Shown: positions 12,590 through 24,221, counted from the stretch's first letter. The stretch is 42,384 nt of DNA from Dimorphilus gyrociliatus (GCA_904063045.1 CAJFCJ010000100.1:47228-89611); one strand, 5' to 3'. Translations and numbers: made by a program. The notes: a model not told the origin generated them from the sequence alone.

Positions 12590-14498
12590 AGGTGAAACCG
12601 TACCTGAGTGAAATTGTACCCATTGAGGGTGAAATCGTACCCATTGTGGGTGAAATCGTACCCAGGTGAAATCGTACCCATTGGTGGTGAATCTCTTGCT
12701 GTGACCAAGTAAAACTGTTATTGTTGATTCATATAGAAATGAAAAAAATATGATAATGTATGTATTGAAGAGGTATTATTCTATAAGTTAACTAAAGAAA
12801 AGAATAGATAATAGCAACTATGGAGTATAAATATAAGATGTCTGGATTAATAATTCATCAGCTAATATCCTTCCAAGCTTATAATCATCCCAGATTTCAA
12901 ATATTTTCTTCTCTATATCACCATATTTTTTTCTCTGATATTTGATAATCTTCTTCTCAGAGAGAAGTTTTTCATAAATACAAACCAAATCAGCCTCTCT
13001 TTTCAATTCATCAATCAACAAATAGAATGATCCTTTTGATTGTACTTTATTATTCATTCTATTGTGCCATCCTTCCATTAGTCCTTATTGATAATCCAAA
13101 TATTGACCAATTCAATGGTTTCCAAGTAGAATTCAAAATCCAAGTATTTTCATAATATTCCAGCAAGTCTGAAAATTTTCTCTTTTCTTCCAGCTGACTC
13201 TTCAAGCTAAAAAATGTTGAATGTTCCATCTATAAACCAATGATTTGATTTACCAAGTAAATCAAGCTGATGATTTGTGGCAAAAATCAAGATTCTATTG
13301 TTGTTTTCATAAATGTTGTCTTTTAAGAAATCATCAGGAATGAAATTCTTATTTAAATCAAAGTCCACTTCTTTTGGTTCATTAGGCCTAAGTTTCTGTC
13401 TGGTAAAATTTGCAACTCTTTTCAAATAGTCAATATTTGGCAGAGTCAGTTTGTTCTTGATGTTTCAACAGATCTGTTTCTGCTAATCTTCTTCCACTTG
13501 AATATGTGTCAGTTAGGCACATATCCCTTAAATCTTTCCTGATTGGTATATTGGATGATAAACTTTGATTGGCTCCATGAATGTGTTTTTTGCTTCCCTT
13601 TATAAATGAATTTCCTTGTTGGTGAATTCTTGCAGGACATCTCTGCTTTTTAGTTCTTTTACTGCACACCCAAATGCTACTTTTAGAAGTTTTAGCCTTG
13701 AGTGTGAATGAAAATCCATTGTGTATCAGAATGTCCTTTCCCAGTTGACTTCCACCACTGATTATTTGAAAATCATTATCCATAACTTCTTGGAAAGTGT
13801 CAACAGCATTGACTGATGATATTTCATCATTATTTGTATAAGAATCTCTAAGATCATCACCTTTTCTGTTATCTGTTGTCTCTTCATCAATCTTTTCATC
13901 TTCATTCTCATCCATTGCAACTCTTTCTTTCATTCCTTGATCTTCTAGTCTTGTCATTTGAAGAAGACACTGTCTTTTTTCACAATCCAGACAAACTGAC
14001 AGCCTGGAATCTGAAAGGAAGTAATTGTATATTTACAATTGACCAGATGAATTACAAAATTCTTACTGATGATACATTTTTCATGAAGAAGCTCATTACA
14101 TAGCAAACAGAATTTTCTCTTCTGTCTTCCATAAACTGTAAGTTTGCAATTTTTGCACTTGATTGCCATATTTCAAAATGTGCAGATTTGAAATGTTTAA
14201 TTTATTATTTGAAAAGCAGCAGAAAACTTTGAAACAAATATTTATAATACTATTTCAAGATTCTCTTATCAAGTAATCAACAAACAAATTCAAAATGGCT
14301 GACCTGAAAAAAACTGGTACTTGTATATCACATATTTGTTAAAACAAATAAATTAATTATTTCATTTTTTGATTTTCTCATGTTGACAGTTAAAATTTCA
14401 TCCAGGTACGATTTCACCCACAATGGGTACGATTTCACCCTCAATGGGTACGGTTTCACCCTCAATGGGTATGGTTTCACCCAGGTACGGTTTCACCC
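12590..14498 (-). mobile_element. Mutator-like DNA transposon 1 (MULE), internally deleted, with tandem-repeat TIRs
   Basis: Inverted arrays of GGGTGAAATCGTACCC(ATT) units at 12591-12690 and 14401-14497. Internal PHD-like, FLYWCH and MULE fragments (WFIDGTF; EGWHNRMN). No TSD found. Confidence 0.9.
12818..14169 (-). pseudogene. PHD-like + FLYWCH + MULE transposase with most of the DDE core deleted
   Basis: Exon 1 (14169-14067), a 56-bp intron (14066-14011), then SRLSVCLDCEKR in frame with ORF 13430-13957 (FLYWCH: IHNGFSF...WVC...CPARI...HIH). The VVDFE and CxFH motifs are missing between DGTF and EGWH. Confidence 0.85.
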
Positions 14499-14612
14499 CT
14501 ATTCATAAAAATCATGCATTAAAAAATTACAAATAAAATCTTTTAACACTTTTAATTATTTACTCCTTTTCACAGTGTTAAAACATTTTCATTTTCATTT
14601 TATTTCTGTCAT

Positions 14613-15060
14613 TGTACTTGAATAAGACAGATGTGTTATGTGGCAACATATGTTGGCCATATAGCCTTTATTTGGGGATTATGTTTTTGTGACATCATAC
14701 ATTGTTTTTATGTTTTTGTGACATATGTAATCTTTTGATAAATTGAACCCAAGCTTTGGGAAATGTATAAAAGGAAATACATTTCACCAGTTTGGCAGTT
14801 CAGTTCTTTAATGGTTAACTGGTTGTTTAAACTTGCTAATTTAGAACTAGAAACTCATTTACTCAATACATATTCTTTAAATGAAATACTGGCATTTTGT
14901 TGATTAATTTCTACCGAAATTACATTTATTAAGATTACTTGTGGACGAACTTGAAAGGTTCTATTGTGTGAGTACTTGGGCAGATTGGTAAATGATTGGA
15001 AAGGACAAATACTGTTCAGAAGAAACAGGAATTCCTACAATTACAATACAACAAAGTACA
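14613..15060 (+). mobile_element. LTR copy, type B (5' boundary uncertain, 14540-14613)
   Basis: TGTATAAAAGGAAA TATA near 14765, strong similarity to the reverse complement of 17423-17800, and an ending CAAAGTACA at 15060. There is a weak possible AAATC TSD if the start is 14540. Confidence 0.75.
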
Positions 15061-15324
15061 AAATCTCTTTTTGAATTGTTTAAATTCAATTTCTTCATCT
15101 TTTCTTGAGTTTTCAAAGAAAATTCCAGCTCTTTTAGCCAATTTAATGTATTGTAACCAATTTATCATACTTCAAAATTTAACTTTTGTCAAAAAACTTA
15201 AAGTTTAAATTTAAAAATACTTGCTTTGTTAAAATGTTTTAATCTTAGATATTTGGATAATTCATTTTCAGATATTCAATTATAATCTAAAAAATTAAAT
15301 ATATTAAAAATATTGAAGTGAATT

Positions 15325-16116
15325 TTTACTTTGTTGTATCATGATCGTAGGAATTACATTTGCATCCCAACTGTATTTGTCTGTACCACTCATTTAATAT
15401 TACGCCAAAGTACTGATCTGAATAGAACCTCAAGTTCATCCACAAGTATCAGCAAATGAATGATATTCGTCCAAAGTTTTATATCAAACTTTCAACAAAA
15501 ATCCAGTATTTTAAGATATGTATTGAATATTCTGAGCTTTTATCTCTAAGCAAGCTGTTAGAAAACTAAGCTAACAACTGTTAAATTCTAAGGGTTTATA
15601 TACTTTCCAAAAAGTTTAACAGTTTACAATTTCAAAGTTTCAGCAATGCAAAGTAACATTTTAACACAGTTGAAAGTTCTAAAAATGGTTTTTCCTTTAA
15701 TTGATTCCATTCATTATGAGTAATTAGGTCAGATAAATTTAGGTGGTCAGCTTCTTACATAAGATGTAACAATTTTGGTAATGGTCAATTCAACCATTGA
15801 AAGTGAAAATTTGGAACTGGTCCAAAAGTCAACAATAGTTGAGTTTGACCATTTGATACTCTTTAACTGGCGGCTAAATAAATGTTCTTAAGTGATTAAA
15901 GTAAGACTAATGTAGTTCTATAGTTAATGCTAAATTCGTTGCATTTGTTTGCAAGAATTTTATATGCTCATGTGCTTACCTGCATTGCGGCATATATGTA
16001 TAATAGAATTGTGCGTATCCAGCGCACAATGCTATTGTTAAGTATTTATATTAAATAGTATTGAATACAAGTCTATGGTTTTCTAACAGAGCATCTATAT
16101 CGAACTGAAGTGCACC
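15325..16116 (-). mobile_element. Degenerate solo LTR, type C (792 bp)
   Basis: 5-bp TSD GAATT (15320-15324 and 16117-16121), termini each with one mismatch to TGT...ACA, GTATATAAACCC-type TATA near 15600, similarity to 32631-33583 and 40792-41729. Confidence 0.78.
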
Positions 16117-16223
16117 GAATTTTTATAAAACTTGCTTTTTTGTTTGGAAATATATTAATATACAAATAATTTCATTCATATCATTTTTCCTTTGTATATT
16201 TGTTTCATATTTGTTGTTTTTGT

Positions 16224-17284
16224 TTATTCACCTGAATTATTAACTAAATCATCGACATCAATTACTATTGGCTCATGTGCTAGAGTTTTAGTTATGTGTT
16301 TAAAAAGTTCCATCAATTGTTTAAATCCAACTTCTGTCTGGTTGAAACTAGTCCAATCTAAACAATATTGTACTTGTAAGATATTTTTTGCTCCATACAG
16401 ATATTCACCACCATACAATTGGTATTCAGTCTTAAATAATTCTTTACTAACACACTACAAGTAGTCTCAATAAAATGACTCTTTATTTAGTAAAACAGGT
16501 TTTCCACCTGTAAAATAGGCCAATTGGAAAAATTCCTTACAATACGCCCATTGCAAATCTTTATTAATCCACTTTCCATATTATGGTGCAGTGACATTTA
16601 TGACCAGGACATTTCGGCCCAGGACAGTTCGGCCCACTTTTGGACATTTCAGCCCATTTGGGACATTTTGGCCCATTTGGGACATTTTGGCCCATTTTAT
16701 GACTTTTTGAGTTAATTATGAGTTAAATACAATAAATAAGAAAAAGTAAATCAATTTTAAAATTAATAAAAAATATAATAAGTAATATAATTTGGTAATT
16801 CCAGATATGTAAAATAATTATTATAAAATTCAAAATATTTTCAGAATAATGGATACCAGTTTTCCTTATTTCTGAATTATATTTTACATTGTTTTACAAT
16901 TTCCTTTTCCTGTTTTGAGAAAAAGTAGAAAGCATATTTCTTTTCTTCATTTATCATAGAAGCTTCAATAGAAATTACATGAATTTGAAAAACTGTTGGA
17001 AGTGTGGATTAAGATTTCATTGGAGACAAAGAGAAATTTTTTTTGTTTTTATAAAAAATATCTTCTCCTCCTTCACCAATAATAATATGAAATTTGTCTG
17101 AGTCTTCAGTATTCTCATTTTTTTCAGGTTCATTTGCATGCAATAAGTTTTCCTCCATATTACAAGTATTATTAACTTCATCAAGACTATAATTGTTTTT
17201 AACCATGTTATTAAGAGTACAACTCAGTGCAGCTTTTACAGTGGGATCATCATTGATCACATCTGATAAACTATTATCTGTCAC
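16224..17284 (-). pseudogene. Unidentified decayed coding relic, interrupted by a TIR-type repeat array
   Basis: Co-oriented protein-like ORF pieces at 17284-17009, about 17000-16860, about 16580-16470 and 16418-16224 with stops and frameshifts. No family recognised. Confidence 0.35.
16591..16710. repeat. Orphan tandem array GGACATTT(C/T)GGCCCA, MULE TIR-like
   Basis: About 6 units of 15-19 bp with the same design as the MULE TIR arrays; no partner end found. Confidence 0.65.
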
Positions 17285-17422
17285 TCACACTTTTGCATGA
17301 AGAACACTTATCAACTATCATATCTGTAATATTAAGCAAAGTTAAGTAAATGTATGTTTTTATGTAGTAAATATCACCTTTACAGTTATGATGTGAAAGT
17401 GAAAAAGCAATTTCTTCAATCC

Positions 17423-18165
17423 TGTACTGCGTTGTACTGTAATTGTAGGAATCTCGAGTTCGTTATGATTGAATTTGTCCTCACCAATCATTTACCAATA
17501 AACCAAAGTACTGGTCCAAATAGGACCTTTCAAGTTTGTCCCACAGGTAGTCTCAATGAATGCAATTCTGGCAAAAATTAATCAATGAACCACCAGTATT
17601 TTGTGCAAAGAGTATGTATTGAGTTTCTAGTTCTAAATTAGCAAGTTTAAACAACCAGTTAACCATTAAGAACTGAACTGACAAACTGAGGAAATGCATT
17701 TCCTTTTATACATTTACCAAAGCTTGGGTTCACTTGGTCAAAAGATTATGAAGTTGAAATGTAACAGTCTCACAATGCACATATAACAAAGACATGAAAA
17801 ACTATTGCATCACTTCTGGCTAACATGTGTCACAGCAAAAACAAGCCTGCCTCTTTGGCATCTGTTTTTGAATAAGATGTAACAAGTTTGACATGCATTT
17901 TTTCTATATTTTTGTTCCATTGTTAATTCTATAATGCAACATCTGTTTGGTCAAAGAATATGTTTCCTACGAAATAAAAGCCTTTTTAAAGTTCTAGGCT
18001 CTATTTCTACTAAATAAATATCTTTCTAAACTTCCACCATTATAATTTCTATGAAAAAACACTTTCTAAACTTCCACCATTATAATTGCTACGAAATAAA
18101 AGCCTTTCTAAAGTTCTATAATATCTAAGTCTATATATTATTATGTTGATGTTTCTAAGTGCACA
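17423..18165 (-). repeat. 3' LTR of Gypsy element 2, type B (743 bp)
   Basis: TG...CA termini, PPT adjacent, TATAAAAGGAAA near 17705, and ~40-bp tandem subrepeats in U3 (17970-18120). Confidence 0.88.
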
Positions 18166-18179
18166 GATATCCTACCCTT

Positions 18180-20634
18180 TTAAGACCTTGCTTCCATGAA
18201 AGGTCTGGGACTTGTCACAATGACTCTGTTATCTTCTTTCTTAAAAGTTAGGTAGTTTTGAAGAGGTATTGCTTCTTGGTCAATTTCTAAAGTTGAGTAT
18301 GTTGGGACTTGTAGTTCCTCTTGTTGAATATCTGAAGCTGTGGGTTGGGTTTTCTTTCTTTCCAAGTATTTCCAAAGTCTTTTCCAAGTAAGTTATTAAA
18401 TTTTCTTTTGTAAGCCAACCATAGTATGAATGCAATGCCAATAATTATTGTTGGAAAGGCAATGTTAATTAGCATTTTGGTTGGGGTTTTTAGCCATGAT
18501 GAAAGTAAATGTTGCTGTGTGGACATACTTGAGTCAATTCCTAATTTATTAGCAAAGTTGATATGCTTGTTATGCCTTGTTAAAGTGTCTTGTATATAGT
18601 CAATGACTTGTTGGAACTGTTGGTGTTTTTTGCCAACATCATCTTTTATCCCTAATTGCAGTAACTCAGTGAGCCTTGCAACCTCCAGTTTTGGTTCTTC
18701 AATTTCATTGTTGATTTTCATTCTGATTGACCTGGAAGCAGCTGTTTGGAATTTACAACCATTCTTTGTATAATAGATAAAAGTTTTCCTTCCAGAAGAT
18801 AGGCCATTCTGATTTCTTTCAGCATCCAAAGGGTTCTTTTTTATTTTAAAGAGATATTGTGTGTGGTCACATTCCCCATATCTTTTATCTTCTTTTGTTA
18901 TGTGGTAGGCATGGTGTAGGATTGGATCAATTGAAAATAGAAGTCCTTTATACTTGATGAGGAATTGTTTAGAACACAATCCATTTTTGCTTATGATTCC
19001 AATATCACATATGACTTGAACTGATTTTAGTTCTGTGCATGTGTTCAGTGTTGTTAGATCGCCCAGCCAAGTGCTGTGAGTTCCTTGTGTTGGATCCAAT
19101 ATTGTTGGGAGTTGGGGTGCCAAAGGTGTAAGCAATGCCATCATCTTATTTCTCATAATAAGCTCCTTGCATAAAAGTAGTGAAACTTGTTTGAAAACTG
19201 TTTGCAAGTTCTGAAAATTTTTGTCAATGTTATTCAGCAAGGCTGAAGTTCTTACAGCATCTTGTATGTCCATTTTCCTGAGTTTTGATTTCTCAAAGGT
19301 ATTCTCTTTTCTGTTTGCTGTTATGAACTGATGCTCTCTTGGTGTTCTTTGCAATAGAGAAAATTTTCCTTTTGTCTTCAATGTTTTCAATTGACTCTTT
19401 TTAGGACTTTGATACCATACATCCAATTTTGGTAATGGATTGAAAGTAACAAATTTTTGATTCAGGTCAAAATCCTCAGCCAATGAAATCTTAGCTCTAT
19501 CCCTATATGTCTGATTGAACATATTCAGAATATAGATATTGTCAATATCCCATATGTTTGGCAAAATAATTTTCTTCAAGATATATGTTCTAACCAATGG
19601 TGTCAGATGAGTTTTTATCAGCATATGGTATGTTTTATCACCATCTCTGTACCAATCATTATAGGTTAATATGTTTTCCATTTCAGTTTTGTTTGCTTTC
19701 TTCAAAAATGATTTTTTATCTGAGTAGTTTTCTAGTCTTTCAACTTCTTCATTGGAAGCTATTTGGTATTTAGCTTCTTCTGATTTTCTGTTATCTGCAA
19801 AATTTGATTGTGTTAAGTCTGTTCTCAGAAGGTCATATTCTTTCTGAGGTACCAATACTCTTGTTCCAGGACCACCATAGCCTCTTATATATCTATCTTC
19901 ATATGAAAGATCCATTATAGCAAAGTTTGGGCATGAAAAATATCCTCCAAGTATTACACATTCAATGTTTTTTGCCACAATTTTCCAAGGTGAGGTATGA
20001 CCAAGAAGGTGTTGCCCTTCTTTTTGATTGAATATTATGATTGAATCCAGTGTTCTACAGAATCTTTGTTTTATAGGACAGTCTTCCATATATTCCAGAT
20101 TGGTAGTTATTTTGTCTTGACCAGGCTGCCAGTAAGCTTTACCAATTTGTAATATTGTTGTGAATTCTTCAATAATTGTTGTTCTTGGCCATTTGTAATA
20201 TTGTCCTTTGTTTTCATGAAACACCAAATGTTTTCCTTTCTGAATGAGCTTTTGTCCATTTAGAGTTCTCTTAAGACTAAGCATTTTTCTACACTGCTTT
20301 TCAGTCAAGGTAAGTGTATCTTTTTCAATTCTGTGCTTCTTTGCTCCAAAAAGTAATATGTGTAAAAGTTGATTCTTCTTTTAAGCATACACTTGACTGC
20401 TTGAATTGCCAGTTTGTCAGCTTTTATTTCATAAATATTTGCCATTATTTTGGTCATTTGTTGAGTTTCAAAGGTGCATACTGGTTCATCAGCCAAGTCA
20501 TATGACTGGTGTACTTGTTGCCCCTGACAGAATTGTACTGGTGGTAGCATTCTTACAGTGATGTTTGCTTTGGTGGATGATGTGTCACCATGTACTATAC
20601 TCAAGCAGCATAAAGCTATCAAGGTGCAAACCAT
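18180..20634 (-). CDS. env: env-like class III viral fusion glycoprotein (~800 aa), split by a 1-bp frameshift near 20340 and probably another near 18365
   Basis: Signal peptide MVCTLIALCCLSIVHG and a C-terminal TM segment MLINIAFPTIIIGIAFILWLAY followed by KRK. Adding one T in TTTTT near 20345 gives YYFFGAKKHRIEK, matching element 1. Cys and aromatic patterns resemble VSV G and herpes gB (manual comparison from memory). Confidence 0.85.
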
Positions 20635-21099
20635 TCATCCTCTGATAGGTAGTGTTCCACCATTTCTTGTCTTATTTTCCAAACCAACAGAATTAACTTT
20701 TATTGATTGTTTATTTGCTAGTCTGAGTCTGCTAGCATAAAATTTTCTTTTGTCTGCCAATATTTCCAATTCATACAAACATTTTGTAGTATCAGTTGCA
20801 GTTACAAGGTATGGTCCACTCCATTTGCTTGTATTTATTCTGTTCATTGCTTGTCAAAAGTGTTCATTTTTTATGTGAATCCAATCACCTATTTTATAAG
20901 TTGGTGGTTTTCTTGTGATAGTTTTATTAACTCTATCTCTGTATTCCTTCTTTTTCAAAGCAGATGTACAAAGTGCTGTAGCTCTGATTTCTTCCATTTC
21001 ATGTTTTCTGTCAAATAGGAATTTTGTTGTTGGTTCTAATCTTGGTATTTCCATTAATAAGTCTAACACATTTCTATTCTTCAATCCAAATAATATTTC
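20635..21099 (-). pseudogene. Integrase C-terminal fragment of Gypsy element 2
   Basis: IPRLEPTTKFLFDRK...WIHIKNE then ...KWSGPYLVTATDTTKCLYELE, homologous to ORF 10534-11913, with a frameshift near 20850. Confidence 0.88.
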
Positions 21100-21585
21100 G
21101 GTTTATGGAGAAAACGTCCACAAGAGAAAATGTCCACAGGAGAAAATGTCCACAAGAGAAAACATCCACAAGAGAAAATGTCCACAGGAGAAAATGTCCA
21201 CAGAGGAAAATATCCACAGGAGAAATGTCCACAGTGGAAAAAGTCTATAGGGGAAAATGGCCATGGAAATTAAAATTAATAATGTATGTACATTGTAGTG
21301 ATAATAAAAATTATGCAATGTCAGGTTCTCCATTTTGTTGAGGAACTATTTCCTGTTTATGATTTCCTGTTTTTGTTCCATACAAAGGAGAGTTTGATTC
21401 AAATATTATCTGAAAAGGATATTACACAAGTACAACACAATATCAAAAAAATTCAATACACCAGAATATCTCTTGATAATTCTTTTAAATTGAATCAGTT
21501 TAAGGTAAAACTTTAATTAATAAAATCTCTTTTAAAATATTTGAGCAGCCATTTTGGGATAACTTTCTCTTTTTACTGATAGATA

Positions 21586-24221
21586 ATGGCATATTGCTAC
21601 AATTGTAAGGAGAAAATGGTTGGAAGACAGCATAAAGCAAAGTGTCAACTATGTCACCATTGGGTAATAATTCACAAGAAATGCATGAAAAGTAGGTTAA
21701 ATTCAATTTTATAGCATATATCATTTTTTAAATGATTGTATTAACAGAAAATCATCTCTTTCTTTGCAATATTTGTGAAGATATTTCTAAGAGAACATGT
21801 TTGGTCACCTTACAACAGCTGTCTACTAGTCAAATCAAAACAGTGAACTCTGAAGTGGAAAAGGAAGTTGAGATGACATATGAAGTTCAAAATACTATGA
21901 ATGATGTGTTGGTAATGGTCCAGATATTTATGAAAATGAAAAAGAAAGTGATAGAAATATGAGAACAGATGTTGATGATAATGATGTTATTGTTCAAAAC
22001 AACAGCACAGATCTAATGATTGGGTGTAACATTGAAATCACAACAGAAAATCATTCACAGGATTCAAATAATTTGATGGAAACTTCTTTCATAAATTCTC
22101 CAACATCAAAAAGAGTAGATATGGAGCCAACTTTCAAAATTCTGAAAGGAATGAGTCAAAAAGGTAAAGACCTATTAGCCTATGATGGTTATATGTTTAC
22201 AATAAAGATGAAAAGGTCAACAAAAACATTTTGGACATGTAGTGTAAGGAATAAGAACAACAAATGCCCAGCAAGTGTCAATCAATTGGAAGATCAATTC
22301 TATCCTGGAAAAAACCCCATTCCCATAAAAGAGAAGATGGACTGGAAAAGAAAATTTTAATTAAAAATGAAATTAAACAATTGCGCAAAATTGAAACTTT
22401 CTCTTCTGGAAAACCTTAGCTGAGGAAGTATTAAAACATCATTGTGATTGTGAAGAAGCTATTCCATCAATGGATAACTGTGCCAGGTTGGCAAATTGGA
22501 CAAAAAGATTTCAGCCAGAAGAGCTGGCAGATATTCACTCAAATTTTGAAATATCATTTATACCAGATGAGTTTCTGGTAAAAGATATTAAAATGAAAGA
22601 TGACAGAATAATAATTTTTTCAACTCCAAAACAAATTGAACTACTGTCTAAAGGAAAGATATGGTTTTGGATGGAACATTTAAATGTGTCAGAGACCCAT
22701 TTTACCAATTGTTCACAGTTCATGGGTTCATCAAAAAACATGGAGAAATGAAACAAGTTCCATTACTGTTTGCATTTATGGGATCGAAGAAAAAGACAGC
22801 TTATAAGAAATTATTTCAGGTATACATACTTTTAATTTCAATTTTTTTAAGTATTAAAATTCTTAAAAAAAGTCCATAAAGGAGCTGACCAATCAACATT
22901 TCCCAATGAAATTTGTGGTGGATTTTGAAAAAGGTATCTGGAGAGCATTGTCATCTGTTTATCCTGAGGTTATAATTAAAGGATGTGTCTTTCACTGGAC
23001 CCAATCTGTATATAGGAAAATTCTGGTAACTTTTATCATCATCTGTTGCAAAAAAATTAAGAAATGTAATAATTTTAGGAATTGGGCTACTCTTGTGAAT
23101 ATAAGGCAAAAGGAGAGTGTTACCATGCAATGAAAAAAATAATGGCATTACCATTTTTGCCATCAAACATCATTGAAAATGCATTCAAAAACATTGAACA
23201 GACAACCTCAACTCATTTAGGACCATTTATTGATTACATCAAGAACCAGTGGCTATATGGATATTACCCACCACATACCTGGTCAATATATGGTGAAGCA
23301 ATCAGAACCAAGAATGACCTGGAAGGATGGCACTGTACTGCTATTGCTGGCAAAATCTATGAGTTTGCAAGTTATAACAATACTGGTTCTACTCGAACCT
23401 TTAAACAAATGTTTAAATTAAAACGGTTTATTCGCAATAATAATACTTAAGCAAGTAACAATATGAGAGTTTGATAGCAGAGTAGATAGTTCGTAAAAGC
23501 AGGTTGCCAAATTACCAAACTGTCTTCCAATGTGGAGGAGTAGATGGATGGTTCCAGTGGAGGTTGTTTCCAGATGATTTTCCCAGGTCCTTGGGTCCAG
23601 ATGGAAGCTGCATGCCAAATGAGAATAGTGAAGATTTATATACTTTGAGGTTTGTCTCTGACATCCAATCATCACTTTACAGTTGCCGAAATGTGTAGTT
23701 CATATTTATGTTTAGTAACAGGATGTTACAAGGTTCAACATTTAGGAAGGTTAATTGAATTATAACTTGGCCACACCCTAGGCAAGTTAATTAAATTATA
23801 ACTTGGCCAAACCTTTATTGGTAATTAAAGATGAGCCTTCAAGCTGACTAATCAGACTTATGTTTGGCCAATGTTATAGCATTTTCTTGCGTAGGTTTTA
23901 AGATGTACATGTATATGTTGCATAAAATAATAGAGTTCAAGCATGTAAAATATAACCAAAGTTGTACAGCACAATAGATTAAACAGGAATATCCATGCCA
24001 ATTCTTCATTGTATGTTATCATTGATGAATTAAAGAGAGAAGCAGAGTTGATTACATTGTACAAGAAATTATTAAGTGAGAAAAAGATATGTAGACAACA
24101 GAGAAAGCCTTATCAGAAAATTCAAAGTCAGATCTTTGGCTTATGGGAGCAATTTGAGGTCAGATTAATATCTGCATCAGATTTATTGGAAAAGGCAGCC
24201 AGCATTTATATTGCATCATAA
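21586..24221 (+). pseudogene. Spliced PHD-like/FLYWCH/MULE transposase, frameshifted and interrupted by a solo LTR
   Basis: ATG at 21586 (MAYCYNCKEK...). Introns at 21692-21747, 22820-22872 and 23026-23078. Motifs LDGTF, VVDFE, CVFHW and NDLEGWH|NRLNR (split by the LTR). Stop at 24221. Confidence 0.9.
23334..23968 (-). mobile_element. Solo LTR, type A (635 bp), inserted in the MULE 2 transposase
   Basis: TGTAC...GTACA termini and TSD GCAC (23330-23333 and 23969-23972). Removing it restores LEGWHNRLNRN. It is 36 bp longer than the 8980 copy because of an extra repeat unit near 23760-23810. Confidence 0.95.

Larger units (their letters stand above)
9700..12590 (-). mobile_element. Truncated Ty3/Gypsy LTR retrotransposon 1 (RNase H end, integrase, internally deleted env, PPT, 3' LTR)
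   Basis: RNase H tail MEFEIIYIPGRNNRADWISR, HHCC zinc finger (HGHPLFRH...CEVC), integrase core IAIDIIGP/DQGRNF/SNGIIERRN and GPY motif, in RH-INT order. The upstream pol is cut off at the MULE TIR near 12590. Confidence 0.92.
17423..21099 (-). mobile_element. Truncated Ty3/Gypsy LTR retrotransposon 2 with near-complete env, PPT and 3' LTR
   Basis: The integrase C-terminus (EILFGLKNRNVLD...WSGPY) is homologous to element 1. Env spans 20634-18180, the PPT AAAAGGGTAGGA lies at 18181-18170, and the LTR is TGTGCAC...GCAGTACA. The element is cut exactly at the MULE 2 TIR (21100). Confidence 0.93.

Noticed and set aside
12589-12644. MGTISPSMGTISLRYGF start of ORF 12030-12644
   Set aside because: It derives from the MULE 1 TIR repeat, not from the retroelement pol.
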